A stretch of DNA of 64,000 nt. Source: a virus. The notes beneath the pieces are model-generated. The model saw only the letters and a program-made list of their open reading frames with translations. It did no database searches and had not been told where the DNA came from. The stretch covers positions 121,565 to 185,564 of the IMG/VR virus record IMGVR_UViG_3300003690_003472; one strand, given 5' to 3'. Every line of letters begins with the position of its first letter. Within the stretch, counting starts at the first letter, position 1. A program made the translations under genes and the position numbers. Positions 27,887 through 37,661 of this stretch are shown one piece after another.

Positions 27887-29377
27887 ATGGTAGATTTAAA
27901 CAAAATAGTAGACAATTATTATAATTCCAACAACGTAACATTTGAAAACATACTTCAACTAATTGAAGAAGTCGTAAATCAAAAAACACTTTTTGAAAAG
28001 ATGCAACTTGATCCCGGCGAAGAAAAAGATATAACAATTCACTTTCCTAAAATTCGAATTACTGAAGACTTTGGTAAAATTGGTACCGAAGATCGCACAA
28101 TGATCGAAAAATTCACTAAAAATGTTGTTGGCAATACATTGGAAGAAAAATTAACTGCACTTAATAATATATTAACAACAAAAAAAGAAGACGCAACCAT
28201 AGCAGAAATTCTTTCAACCATGGTGACTTGCGAAATTCTTTATGCAATTGTTACAAATTTTACTGAATCTGCTGGTGGTTTTATTTTCGAGGGGTTTCTC
28301 GCTGGTTTGTTTGGAGGCCAATCAATTCAAATTCAATCAGCCGCAGATATTCCTGCAACTTCAGGCGAAGATGAGTCTGGTGTGACTGGAAAACCAATCA
28401 CCGATGTAATATTGGGAGATAAACACTATTCTTTGAAGCTCCTAGGTGAAGCCACAGAAGTTAAAGGCTCTTTTAGAAATATGGTTGAACACTTTAGAAA
28501 ATATGATCACGTAATTTATTTAGATGCAAGACGAATAGGGCACAACGAAGGGCTTCAATTTGGTGAATTTATAATTACTTTAGGTAATTTCATAGAGGTT
28601 TTTGTTGACCCATTTTTAAAGCAAGTTTACAGAAAAGAAGCAGATCACTTTGAAGATGCCACTAAATTTAAACAGAAAGTTGCAGAACTAGCTGCAAACA
28701 ACTTAGCTATTAAAAAGATTTCTTTTGGCACCCCAGGATTTTTTGCAGCCAAATCAGATTCAAGATCTTTTAAATTTGCCCCGGGGCTAGAGCCCGACGT
28801 TATAAAAGAACAAACCGGATTGGGAAATACACAATTAAGCGAGCTTGTTCATCAAATAATTAATTCACCCGAAGATGAGTTACAGCAGTACGCAAATTTT
28901 TCCATAATATATGCTGAAAGTAAGTTTGAAGGTACAAAAGCAGAAAAATTATTTGGATCATATGCAATTGTTGAACAACTACAAAGAGCTATTGAAAGCG
29001 GAGACAAGGAAGATATACTTAAATCTTTAGAAATGACCCCTGGCTATGCTTCTGGAGCCGGTCAAAGTCCCCAGCAATTTATATTTACGAGAGACCAAGC
29101 AGAAAACATTAAAAGCTATAGAGAAATTGGCACCTTAATGGTTGGCGAAGAACATATGAAAGCAACGTTTGCTATATATGCCGACCTACTTAAAGAAACT
29201 ATTTCTCCCGTATATGAACAATTACAGTTTTTTACAAACAATATAAATGATTATTTCTTAGGTGTAAGCAATGAAGAGGTAGAACAAGATAGAAAACAAT
29301 ATGCACTAAGTGCAATTAATAATGCTCAAAATCTTGAAAAGGCCACGCACAATGCTGTAGAAAAAATTGAAAAATAG
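27887..29377 (+). CDS. Large hypothetical protein with possible PD-(D/E)xK-like fold
   Basis: FIFEGFLA…TDV…YSLK pattern; ACTAATTA upstream. Confidence 0.5.
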   Translation: MVDLNKIVDNYYNSNNVTFENILQLIEEVVNQKTLFEKMQLDPGEEKDITIHFPKIRITEDFGKIGTEDRTMIEKFTKNVVGNTLEEKLTALNNILTTKKEDATIAEILSTMVTCEILYAIVTNFTESAGGFIFEGFLAGLFGGQSIQIQSAADIPATSGEDESGVTGKPITDVILGDKHYSLKLLGEATEVKGSFRNMVEHFRKYDHVIYLDARRIGHNEGLQFGEFIITLGNFIEVFVDPFLKQVYRKEADHFEDATKFKQKVAELAANNLAIKKISFGTPGFFAAKSDSRSFKFAPGLEPDVIKEQTGLGNTQLSELVHQIINSPEDELQQYANFSIIYAESKFEGTKAEKLFGSYAIVEQLQRAIESGDKEDILKSLEMTPGYASGAGQSPQQFIFTRDQAENIKSYREIGTLMVGEEHMKATFAIYADLLKETISPVYEQLQFFTNNINDYFLGVSNEEVEQDRKQYALSAINNAQNLEKATHNAVEKIEK

Positions 29378-29432
29378 CTTGACATTTCATGTATAATATA
29401 TTATAGTTTAAAGCAAGACAATTGGAGGATAC

Positions 29433-31007
29433 ATGCCACGAAAATATGAATCTGGAACAAGCTTACAACAGAAAATTTTAAAAGGTGTTAATGTGTTAGC
29501 AGATAATGTTGCTTCAACACTAGGTCCGCGAGGACGCAACGTTATTTTACATCATCCAGAACAAAATCCTGTAATTACAAAAGATGGAGTAGCCGTCGCT
29601 AGATTTATAGAACTTGAAGATCCATTTGAAAATGTTGGCATACAAATAATTAAACAAGCCGCTTCCCAAACTAGCATCGAAGCTGGCGACGGCACCACAA
29701 CTTCTACTGTTTTAGCTAGAGCAATTCTCACACAAGCACAGCGATATTTAATGGCTGGCGCCGCGCCCATTGAACTTAAAAAAGGTATTGATAAGGCTGT
29801 AAAAGTTATTGTACAAAATTTAAAAGAAATTGCACAACCCATTGCTTCCATGGAAGATGTCACACATATTGCAACAATATCAGCAAACAATGATAGTACT
29901 ATAGGAAAATTAATTGCTAAAGCAGTAGAATTGGCAGGTAAAGATGGCGCAATTAGTATTGAAGAAGCACGATCAGCTGAGACAAGCCTAGATTTATTAG
30001 AAGGTTTTCGCTTTGATTCTGGATATATAGCAAATGCTTTTGTAACAGATGAAAAAAGGGGAATAGTAAGGTATGATGATCCGTTAATTTTAATTACAGA
30101 TGAAAAAATCGACTCCGTTGAAGAATTGATGCCTGTTTTAGAATTAGCTGCAAGAGAAGGGCGCCCATTTATTATTGTAGCTGAAAACATTGAAGGACAA
30201 GCGTTGGCTGCATTAATAATGAATGCTGTGCGCGGCACCATGCGCATTGTTGCTATAAAAGCACCACGATATGGTGAAGAAAGACGTAATATCCTCCAAG
30301 ATTTATCTTTATCAGTAGGTGCAACTTTTGTTTCAAGACAAAACAATTTAAGACTACGTGATATAAAATTGAATCATTTTGGAAAAGCAAAATCTTTTGA
30401 AAGCAGCAAAAGTTTTACAACAATTGTTGGTGGAAAAGGCAGCATGGAAGACATAGAAAAAAGAATAGATTTACTAAAGGCACAGGTGAGGGAAACAGAC
30501 AGCTTAAAAGATTGTGAAAAAATTCAAGAAAGAATTACGAGACTCGCTAGTGGCATAGCTGTTATTCGAGTCGGCGCTGCAACAGAAGTAGAAATGGTAG
30601 AGAAAAAGCATCGAATTGAAGATGCGCTCGAAGCTGTTAATGCAGCCCAACTTGAAGGAATTGTTCCTGGAGGAGGAGTTGCATTAATTCGAGCAAGCAA
30701 AAACATAAAAGTAGAAACCAACAGCGAAGATCAAAAGCTTGGAGTAAAAATAGTTTGCGAAGCAGTTAAAGAGCCTTTAAGACAAATGGCACTAAATGGT
30801 GGATATTCTCCTGATATTTTTATTTCACTAGTTTCTAAAGCTAGTGGAAATAAAGGAATTAATTTTAATACAGGGAAATTAATAGATCTTTTAGAAGCTG
30901 GGATTGTTGATCCAGTAAAAGTTACTCGATGCGCATTGCAAAACGCGGCATCAGTTTCTTCAACTTTAATCACAACCAATCACGCCATTATAGAGTCTTC
31001 TAACTAA
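29433..31007 (+). CDS. groEL: Chaperonin GroEL
   Basis: TLGPRGRNV, ITKDGV, AGDGTTTS, KAPRYG, GIVPGGG, DPVKVTRCALQNA; lacks GGM tail. Confidence 0.97.
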   Translation: MPRKYESGTSLQQKILKGVNVLADNVASTLGPRGRNVILHHPEQNPVITKDGVAVARFIELEDPFENVGIQIIKQAASQTSIEAGDGTTTSTVLARAILTQAQRYLMAGAAPIELKKGIDKAVKVIVQNLKEIAQPIASMEDVTHIATISANNDSTIGKLIAKAVELAGKDGAISIEEARSAETSLDLLEGFRFDSGYIANAFVTDEKRGIVRYDDPLILITDEKIDSVEELMPVLELAAREGRPFIIVAENIEGQALAALIMNAVRGTMRIVAIKAPRYGEERRNILQDLSLSVGATFVSRQNNLRLRDIKLNHFGKAKSFESSKSFTTIVGGKGSMEDIEKRIDLLKAQVRETDSLKDCEKIQERITRLASGIAVIRVGAATEVEMVEKKHRIEDALEAVNAAQLEGIVPGGGVALIRASKNIKVETNSEDQKLGVKIVCEAVKEPLRQMALNGGYSPDIFISLVSKASGNKGINFNTGKLIDLLEAGIVDPVKVTRCALQNAASVSSTLITTNHAIIESSN

Positions 31008-31031
31008 TTATAGACACAGGGGGACTTTCTA

Positions 31032-31301
31032 ATGCCAAACGATTCTGCGGTTGCATTTGCTGAAATTTCTGGAAAGTTTGATCAAATGATTGACAAAATA
31101 GAAACAGTAAAAGAAAAACAAGATGAAATGGCTGCGGATATAGTTCAAATTAAAGAAGCCGTTTATAATCCAGATCAAGGATTATATGCGCGCTTAAGAG
31201 AATTAGAGTCCTGGAAAGAAACCTCTGCACACCTTCTTTGGATTATAACTACTGCTGTTGTAGGTCTTATTGCTGCAACCATATATAAATCTTTTTTTTA
31301 A
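31032..31301 (+). CDS. Coiled-coil + C-terminal TM protein (holin/XhlA-like)
   Basis: Heptad N-terminus, hydrophobic C-terminus. Confidence 0.5.
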   Translation: MPNDSAVAFAEISGKFDQMIDKIETVKEKQDEMAADIVQIKEAVYNPDQGLYARLRELESWKETSAHLLWIITTAVVGLIAATIYKSFF

Positions 31302-31352
31302 CTTGACAAATAATTAACATGTTGTATAATTAATACTATAAAGGAGGCGTTT

Positions 31353-31685
31353 ATGCGCGTAAATGTAACTTATTCAATAGAACTTGATGAAATAAAACAG
31401 CTTGTTAGAGAGCTTCTCTTGAAAGCAGAGGATGATTTGCAAGAATTGCAAGAATTGTTTTTAAAAGTAAAAGTTGACATTGAAAAGGATAAAGATCAAA
31501 ATGTTGCGACACTATTAAAAGAATGTAGGTCAAGCTTATCATCTTTAGATCACAATATATTTGATGCTGGAAACATTCTATCTGGATATCAACAAACCTC
31601 TCTTCGCATAGAAAGAGAACAACAAAAGACACCAACAAACTTTGAGGAAATCACAGGTGGGGAGCAAAGCAATGAAAGCGGGTGA
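31353..31685 (+). CDS. Coiled-coil hypothetical protein
   Basis: Promoter and AAGGAGG RBS. Confidence 0.7.
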   Translation: MRVNVTYSIELDEIKQLVRELLLKAEDDLQELQELFLKVKVDIEKDKDQNVATLLKECRSSLSSLDHNIFDAGNILSGYQQTSLRIEREQQKTPTNFEEITGGEQSNESG

Positions 31686-31947
31686 TTTAGTTTATGTGCC
31701 AGCACATATCACCTTAATGGAATTCGATGAGACTATAAAGGATGTTGACCCAGAAAAAACCTATGTTGGTCCTTCTCCTTTGCGCTTTCATAAATTGGAA
31801 AAGCCCACAAATCTTCTTTTATTAGAAGTCACGGCTGAATGGCAAAACGACAACGACCAGTGGCTTCCAGTTTTATATCATGGAAAAAGGTTTTATATCG
31901 ACAAACATGATATTTTACCTTATCAGGAGGAAAGATGGTTAGATTAG
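31672..31947 (+). CDS. MKAGDLV (KOW/SH3-like) protein
   Basis: 14-nt ATG…GGTGA overlap with upstream stop. Confidence 0.65.
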   Translation: MKAGDLVYVPAHITLMEFDETIKDVDPEKTYVGPSPLRFHKLEKPTNLLLLEVTAEWQNDNDQWLPVLYHGKRFYIDKHDILPYQEERWLD

Positions 31948-32213
31948 TAGAAGTATATAGAAACTCAACTCAAACATATACTTTGAGAGAAGTATATATT
32001 AATCCAAAACATGTTGTTTCTTTAAGAGAAGACGATAGCATTAAAAAAAAGTTAAACGAAGGTACTCTTCCAGCTGGCTTAGATGATTCTCATCGTTTCA
32101 CGAGACTTGTATTAGACAAAGGCCGAACAGGCGCTGAATTAATTATAGTTGGTGAACCCAAAACCATACAAGAAAAAATGAAGGAGAAAAAAAATGAACT
32201 TCTCCTTGGATGA
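31935..32213 (+). CDS. FlbD/SwrD-like small protein
   Basis: MVRLVEV…VYINPKHVVSLRE resembles the FlbD family N-terminus. Confidence 0.45.
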   Translation: MVRLVEVYRNSTQTYTLREVYINPKHVVSLREDDSIKKKLNEGTLPAGLDDSHRFTRLVLDKGRTGAELIIVGEPKTIQEKMKEKKNELLLG

Positions 32214-32469
32214 TAAACATTACATTTTGTGGATTAAATCTCATTGTCCGTGGTGTCAAAAAGCAGTTGATATTTTATCTAACAAACTCTTGTCTTATAA
32301 AGTGTTTGATATGGAAGAGCGCTTAGAGGAACTAGAGTTGTTGAAGAACAAGCTTGATTGGCAAACCGTACCAATTGTTTTTGAAGTTAACGTAAAAGGC
32401 GACTTTAAATTAGTTGGAGGCTACACTGACTTAGAAAAATATCTAGGCGAGACAAATGATTCCATGTAA
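32194..32469 (+). CDS. Glutaredoxin
   Basis: CPWC, TVP, VGGYTDL. Confidence 0.9.
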   Translation: MNFSLDDKHYILWIKSHCPWCQKAVDILSNKLLSYKVFDMEERLEELELLKNKLDWQTVPIVFEVNVKGDFKLVGGYTDLEKYLGETNDSM

Positions 32470-32860
32470 ATTGTTGGCAACTATAAAAAACAAATATATG
32501 GAAAACGACTCTCTAGAAAGAAGATTTGGTCACTACTTAAATTCTTTTTATCCGATAAAAGGATTTGGACGTGATTGTTGGGTGGTCGTTGTTAACATTT
32601 TGGTTGACTATGAACAATATTTAAAAGAAGGTTTAAACGAAGAAAAGATTACATTGGAATGTATTAAATATTTAAATCATAGACCAAAAAGTAAATATGG
32701 CAAAAGGCGCAGACGTAAAGCAACTTATGGTATTTTTCGAAACATTCCTTATTCTTTTAAACCGAAAGAAAAAGACGGTAAAAAAATCATACAAACACTG
32801 TTAGTTGTAGAAGAACGAAAAAACAAAAACTTCTGGGGAGAAGGAAGAAAAGATATATAA
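32456..32860 (+). CDS. Hypothetical protein
   Basis: ORF in operon. Confidence 0.6.
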   Translation: MIPCKLLATIKNKYMENDSLERRFGHYLNSFYPIKGFGRDCWVVVVNILVDYEQYLKEGLNEEKITLECIKYLNHRPKSKYGKRRRRKATYGIFRNIPYSFKPKEKDGKKIIQTLLVVEERKNKNFWGEGRKDI

Positions 32861-32865
32861 CACCT

Positions 32866-33210
32866 ATGTCAAAAGAAGAAAAAATAATTTTATACACACT
32901 AGACGAAGAATCCATGTATAATTATTTTTTAAAAATAGAACTAGATAGAAAAATTATATCTGATTTTTTATTTAAAGAAGAATCCTCAATAACTCGGAAC
33001 AACAGGAGTGCAATGTGTGAATATTTTACTCTTCTGGATGGTCTTGAAAACGTTTTAGAAGAAATATTAGATGATGATTGTAAAGACGAGACCACCGACT
33101 CTTATATTACCACAACACAACAAGCCGCGCGCATTTCCATATACATGGAAGGTATTGTTCATGCTAAACAAATTTTAAATAGTCAAAACATTTCTCTTTA
33201 TTTACATTAG
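32866..33210 (+). CDS. Hypothetical protein
   Basis: ORF in operon. Confidence 0.6.
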   Translation: MSKEEKIILYTLDEESMYNYFLKIELDRKIISDFLFKEESSITRNNRSAMCEYFTLLDGLENVLEEILDDDCKDETTDSYITTTQQAARISIYMEGIVHAKQILNSQNISLYLH

Positions 33211-33228
33211 TGGCCTACTATTTATTTT

Positions 33229-33687
33229 ATGACCATTCTCGCTTCTTTTTTGATCGCCTATTTATATGGTGGCGTCGCAGAATGGATTTTTCATAAATAT
33301 ATTCTCCACGGCCGCGGAAAAAACAAAAAAAGTATTTTTTCTTTTCACTGGCACTCTCACCATAAAGCATGTAGAAAAAACAACAATATTGATAAAAATT
33401 ATAAATTTCCCCTTGCTACCCCAGTAAGAAGAGAAATTTTATTTTTATCTTTGCTTAGTTTAATTCATTTTCCAATTTATTTTATTGCACCATATTTTTT
33501 TATTGGAATTGTTTTGTATCTCTGTAGATATTTTTATTTTCATAGGCGCGCCCACCTAGATGTACAATGGGGACGAAGAAAAATGCCATGGCATTATGAT
33601 CACCACATGGGAAAAAATCAGGATTTAAACTGGGGAGTTACCGTTCAGTGGATTGATAAACTATTTAATACAAGAAGGAAATATTAG
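33229..33687 (+). CDS. Fatty-acid hydroxylase/sterol desaturase-family membrane protein
   Basis: His boxes HKYILH, HWHSHH, HRRAH, HYDHH. Confidence 0.85.
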   Translation: MTILASFLIAYLYGGVAEWIFHKYILHGRGKNKKSIFSFHWHSHHKACRKNNNIDKNYKFPLATPVRREILFLSLLSLIHFPIYFIAPYFFIGIVLYLCRYFYFHRRAHLDVQWGRRKMPWHYDHHMGKNQDLNWGVTVQWIDKLFNTRRKY

Positions 33688-33698
33688 GAGGCTTTATT

Positions 33699-33983
33699 GT
33701 GAAACAAATGAAAAATACTTTATTTTGGTCAACAACTCTCATAATAACGGCCTTAATATATATTTATACACTTAGTAGCTTCCCATTAGCACACGCAAAA
33801 CCACCTCCAACGAAATCAAAATTTTATGACTTTAATGAGCAAATAATTGATGGTGAAATTCGCAAACCAACCGCAACATATATAGATTCACGCGAAAAAG
33901 CAAAATTTGAAAGGCTCTTGAAATTGAAAAAATCTTTCATGCCTGAGCTTTTTAAAACTCACAAAAACAAAGTATTTAAATAG
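33699..33983 (+). CDS. Secreted small protein resembling myxobacterial gliding protein CglF/GltF
   Basis: Signal peptide then YDFNEQIIDGEIRKPTATYIDSREKAKFERLLKLKKSFMPEL. Confidence 0.6.
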   Translation: MKQMKNTLFWSTTLIITALIYIYTLSSFPLAHAKPPPTKSKFYDFNEQIIDGEIRKPTATYIDSREKAKFERLLKLKKSFMPELFKTHKNKVFK

Positions 33984-34163
33984 TAAAACATATCCTTAAT
34001 TATTAAAAAATAAATAAATTTGTTCATAATGATGCTTTTTATTATTCATAAGCATATGTATTTATAGAGGTGTGAATCTTTTTTCACACTTTCCCAACCA
34101 ATATATTTTTATTTTTCTCTTTCTTTATAAAAAAGAACGAGTTTTATGTGGAGGTCTGTTTAG

Positions 34164-34835
34164 GTGTCAATAAATGTGAAGGCTCGGTATCTTTTTTTAG
34201 CTCTTGTACCATACTTCGCATTCTATTTTTTAATTCAATCATTAATTCAAACAGGTAGTTATAATTTGTTAACAGAAATGGATTTAAAAATACCTTTTAT
34301 ACCTTATTTCATTTGGATATATCACACAATTTTACCGGTGATTCTTGTGACAAGCTTTCTTATATTACAAAAAAAAGATATATTTTTAGCGTTAATGTTT
34401 TCAAATATTTTTGCTGGTATTGTATTATGTTTGTTTTATGTATTATTTCCAGCATTTTACCCAAGAGAAATGTTTGTTGATACAGCTACGATATCGGGAT
34501 GGCTCATTGAAATGACACAATCTATCGATGGCCCCCACAACACTTTCCCATCAAGCCATGTAACTTTTGCATGGCTTTTGGTGTTTTTTGCAAACCTTTC
34601 CCAATATGTAAAAGGACATCGATGGCTTCGTCTTGTTTATTTTTATTGGGCTATCCTGATATCAATTTCCACTCTCATGCTTAAACAACACTATATAGTG
34701 GATGTAATTTCTGGTTTTGCACTAGCTATACTCATGTATTTCTTGTGTAAGCGTTTATTTGTGAGAGAGGCCGCCCCCAAACAACTAATTACTTTAGATG
34801 TTAAATTCGTTTCCTCAAGAAGCCTTGCAGAATGA
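34164..34835 (+). CDS. PAP2/IPC-synthase-like membrane phosphatase/phosphotransferase
   Basis: PAFYPR, NTFPSSH, STLMLKQHYIVD; about 6 TM. Confidence 0.88.
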   Translation: MSINVKARYLFLALVPYFAFYFLIQSLIQTGSYNLLTEMDLKIPFIPYFIWIYHTILPVILVTSFLILQKKDIFLALMFSNIFAGIVLCLFYVLFPAFYPREMFVDTATISGWLIEMTQSIDGPHNTFPSSHVTFAWLLVFFANLSQYVKGHRWLRLVYFYWAILISISTLMLKQHYIVDVISGFALAILMYFLCKRLFVREAAPKQLITLDVKFVSSRSLAE

Positions 34836-35400
34836 ATGCCACTTAATTATACAAGAGGTTTTGGGGGATTCTTATATTAGAGTGTTCATTGGAGATTTCT
34901 CTCTTGTAGAAGATGACAAGAAAAAAATTACACATGTAAACTGTAAAATATTTTTTTCAAACAACCGAGAAGAAACAATAGAAGGAAAAGGGCACGGAAT
35001 CGTTGATGCTTTATTTAATTCTATTATACAGAAATATTCCAGCGAATATACTTCCTTAACTCAAGTAAGGTTTGATGACTTTATCATGAAAGTTAATTTT
35101 AAGAGCGCCAACAGCAGAAGTACAGACTCACCAGTTGAAATAAAATTAGCTTTGAAAACTATTACTAGGAGAGAGCAAAATATATTTTTTTCTGCAACGG
35201 CGCGCTCAATGGTGGTTGCTGCAATATCAGTCATTAGAAAAGCGTTTGAATATTTTATAAATGCGGAAGCTGCCGTATTAGTGCTACAAGAAAGCATAAA
35301 AGACGCGCGCGCGCGCAACAGGAGAGATTTAAACAATAAATATGTTTCTCAAATGGCACAGTTGGTACAAATAGTTTCTTATGAAGATGTGCTCTTATAA
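34798..35400 (+). CDS. Stand-alone LeuA (isopropylmalate synthase) regulatory-domain-like protein
   Basis: EGKGHGIVDALF…FDDF…STDS.VE…SMVVAAI…FIN pattern. Confidence 0.6.
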   Translation: MLNSFPQEALQNECHLIIQEVLGDSYIRVFIGDFSLVEDDKKKITHVNCKIFFSNNREETIEGKGHGIVDALFNSIIQKYSSEYTSLTQVRFDDFIMKVNFKSANSRSTDSPVEIKLALKTITRREQNIFFSATARSMVVAAISVIRKAFEYFINAEAAVLVLQESIKDARARNRRDLNNKYVSQMAQLVQIVSYEDVLL

Positions 35401-35421
35401 AACTGAAATATATTTATTTTT

Positions 35422-35622
35422 GTGAAGATAGGTGATATAGTTCAATGGACGCCCGTTTATGCACAGCATAAATATATGCCGAGGTGGATGGGTATAATTA
35501 TTGAAATCAAAGAAGCAAAAGATAAAACGCAAGTAAAAGTTTATTGGTTCAGCAACAACGAAAATTATTACATGGCAGATTGGACTTCAGTTGAACAGCT
35601 AAAAAGAATTTCTAGTTCTTAA
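35422..35622 (+). CDS. MKIGDIV (KOW/SH3-like) small protein
   Basis: Family motif GDxV…GII…VxW. Confidence 0.7.
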   Translation: MKIGDIVQWTPVYAQHKYMPRWMGIIIEIKEAKDKTQVKVYWFSNNENYYMADWTSVEQLKRISSS

Positions 35623-35700
35623 TATTTTTTTATTGACAAATATGTATTTTTTTTGTTACACTTCTAATAGGAATATTTTTATTTTTGTGGGAGGAACAAA

Positions 35701-35889
35701 ATGATTAAAATTGGAGATACTGTTAAAGTAATTGCCAAAGAAAACGAAAAATACGGGAAAGTTGGCACCGTAACTAATATATTAGATTATGAAAGATATC
35801 AAACTGCTCGCGTATCCTTTAGTTCAAGCTTGTTTGATTATATTGATGTTAATGATTGGAGCCTGAAAAAAATATGCTCAAATTCATAA
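35701..35889 (+). CDS. KIGDTV (KOW-like) small protein
   Basis: GDTVKVI…YGKVGTV; GGAGG RBS. Confidence 0.7.
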   Translation: MIKIGDTVKVIAKENEKYGKVGTVTNILDYERYQTARVSFSSSLFDYIDVNDWSLKKICSNS

Positions 35890-36065
35890 AAACAGGTGAT
35901 TTAGTAAGAGTCCATGGACACAATGGACCCACCATTAATGTAATAACTAAAATAGAAAAGCGTCGTAATCATTATGGAACTCATGATATTTATGCCAACG
36001 TTTTTGGCTGTGACTCAGAGTTTTTTCATGAAAAAGACATGGTACTAATCAGTGCAAGTCGGTGA
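35874..36065 (+). CDS. KTGDLV family small protein ending LISASR
   Basis: Ends in junction repeat. Confidence 0.65.
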   Translation: MLKFIKTGDLVRVHGHNGPTINVITKIEKRRNHYGTHDIYANVFGCDSEFFHEKDMVLISASR

Positions 36066-36225
36066 TTTGGTTGAGCATGAAAAGTTTGGCATAGGAATCG
36101 TAACTGAAATCAGCGAACCTACTCCTCTTTTTGCATATCAAATCGCGTCAGTTAATTTTAACAATGGTCAATTGGAGCAACTAGTAACGACAGTTTTACA
36201 TCAAATAAAAAAAGAAAAAAATTGA
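36052..36225 (+). CDS. MQVGDLV family small protein (57 aa, missed by track)
   Basis: GTG CAA GTC GGT GAT…HEKFGIGIV…TGA 36223-36225. Confidence 0.65.
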   Translation: MQVGDLVEHEKFGIGIVTEISEPTPLFAYQIASVNFNNGQLEQLVTTVLHQIKKEKN

Positions 36226-36289
36226 AATTTCTCTTGACTTTTTCTTGGTGATGCAGTATAATTATAATGAACAGTCGAGGAGAGGATAA

Positions 36290-36949
36290 TTGACGACGCA
36301 AATCACAGCTCGTATTCAAAAAGTTATTGATTTTAATAAACAACATTCTGTTTTGAGCGCGTGGGAAAATGGATTCTTGGAATCTGTTTTTAGCCAAGCG
36401 CAGCGAAAAGGGCAACTATCTATAAAGCAAATAGAAATATTTGAAAAAGCTGAAATAAAATGCACCTCCGAGGCACTTGAAGAAGCAAAAGCTTGGACGA
36501 AGTTGTATCGAATTCAGCATCAAGAAACTGCTAAGATTTGCGCGCGCTATTACAAGATTACTGGCTATTTCAGCGATTTGTCAGCTAATATACTTGGCGA
36601 CTCCGAATTCGTCCCCAGTGAGCGCCAATATAAGAAAATGTGCGAGAACAAGTACGCCCAGAAAGTGCTTGCCATGGCCAATGCAAAGCCATTGTATACC
36701 ATTGGTACCACCATTGTCATACGACGTCCAGCACTCAAATATAATAATCGCCATCTAGAACTGGTGCCGTGTTTGGTGCTGGAAGTTTTAGATGAAATAA
36801 AATCTGCTGCAAAAGGCGCAAAACAATACAGAGTTTTACCATATGGTGAAGCTGCCCCACTAGTGCTCGAAGAACGACAAATCAAAAAATGCAAACCCGG
36901 CGCTAAAAAAAAGTCAAAGAAAAAATCTTTTGACGACATACCATTTTAA
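36290..36949 (+). CDS. Hypothetical early protein
   Basis: Promoter 36234-36262 and GAGGAG RBS. Confidence 0.75.
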   Translation: MTTQITARIQKVIDFNKQHSVLSAWENGFLESVFSQAQRKGQLSIKQIEIFEKAEIKCTSEALEEAKAWTKLYRIQHQETAKICARYYKITGYFSDLSANILGDSEFVPSERQYKKMCENKYAQKVLAMANAKPLYTIGTTIVIRRPALKYNNRHLELVPCLVLEVLDEIKSAAKGAKQYRVLPYGEAAPLVLEERQIKKCKPGAKKKSKKKSFDDIPF

Positions 36950-36961
36950 TCAAAAAACTTC

Positions 36962-36990
36962 TTGACATTTCCTCAAATATTTGAGATAAT
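36962..36990 (+). promoter_or_regulatory. sigma70-type extended -10 early promoter; same CTTGACA-N14-TGAGATAAT element at 37689, 38888, 40380, 43632, 46711, 47118, 47710 (variants 36234, 41427)
   Basis: TTGACA-17 nt-GATAAT with TGn extension and A/T-tract upstream, eight near-identical copies. Confidence 0.85.
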
Positions 36991-37022
36991 ACATAAGTAC
37001 CTAGCAAAAAAGGAGAAAAATT

Positions 37023-37661
37023 TTGAGCTGGAACAATACGGTAACTTGCAGTTGGTGTTATACCACAGGACACAACAGGAGTAGCTGTTCTGAGAGAAAA
37101 CAACATATTGCTGACCGGCCCGATTCATATGAGGCCCAACGCGACCATGAGCGTAGAAATAGAGGTCGCAGATGTAGTTATTGTGAGGGTCATGGTCACA
37201 CACGTCGCACATGTGCTAACAAGAAAGAAGATCGCAAGAATCTTCTCATAAAAAACAAACAGTTGCGAGCTGAAGCATACGAGCACTTTTGCACTGAAGG
37301 GTTAGCCCCCGGTACATTGTTTACTATGAATCATTGGAATCGAGGCAAGGTGGCAGCAATGGTTAACCGTTTGCAATGGGAAAGAATTCGTGTTGACAAT
37401 GGATTTACAATAAGTAGTTTCCGAACAGGCCATGGCGCTTTTATTGTATATACACAACTCAGCACGGGTGACAACGGTCACATAGTAGGAATGGGCGAAA
37501 TTGAACAAATTGTTAGCCCTGTTTCTTCCGATGCTGTTTCCATAGGCATGCCCAAAGGTTGGTTGGATAGCACAGACGAGCAAACAATCTATGCGCTGGA
37601 TGAGCTTCAAAAAGAGCGCACTTCAGGGTACGTACGCCAACATTATCTTGAAGACGCTTAA
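37023..37661 (+). CDS. Protein with two CCHC zinc knuckles
   Basis: CSWCYTTGHNRSSC and CSYCEGHGHTRRTC. Confidence 0.75.
   Translation: MSWNNTVTCSWCYTTGHNRSSCSERKQHIADRPDSYEAQRDHERRNRGRRCSYCEGHGHTRRTCANKKEDRKNLLIKNKQLRAEAYEHFCTEGLAPGTLFTMNHWNRGKVAAMVNRLQWERIRVDNGFTISSFRTGHGAFIVYTQLSTGDNGHIVGMGEIEQIVSPVSSDAVSIGMPKGWLDSTDEQTIYALDELQKERTSGYVRQHYLEDA

Noticed and set aside
29552-30346. Long antisense ORFs (264 aa opposite groEL; also 59454..60311, 21489..21977, 38393..38830 and others)
   Set aside because: Shadows of well-supported + strand genes, without RBS or motifs
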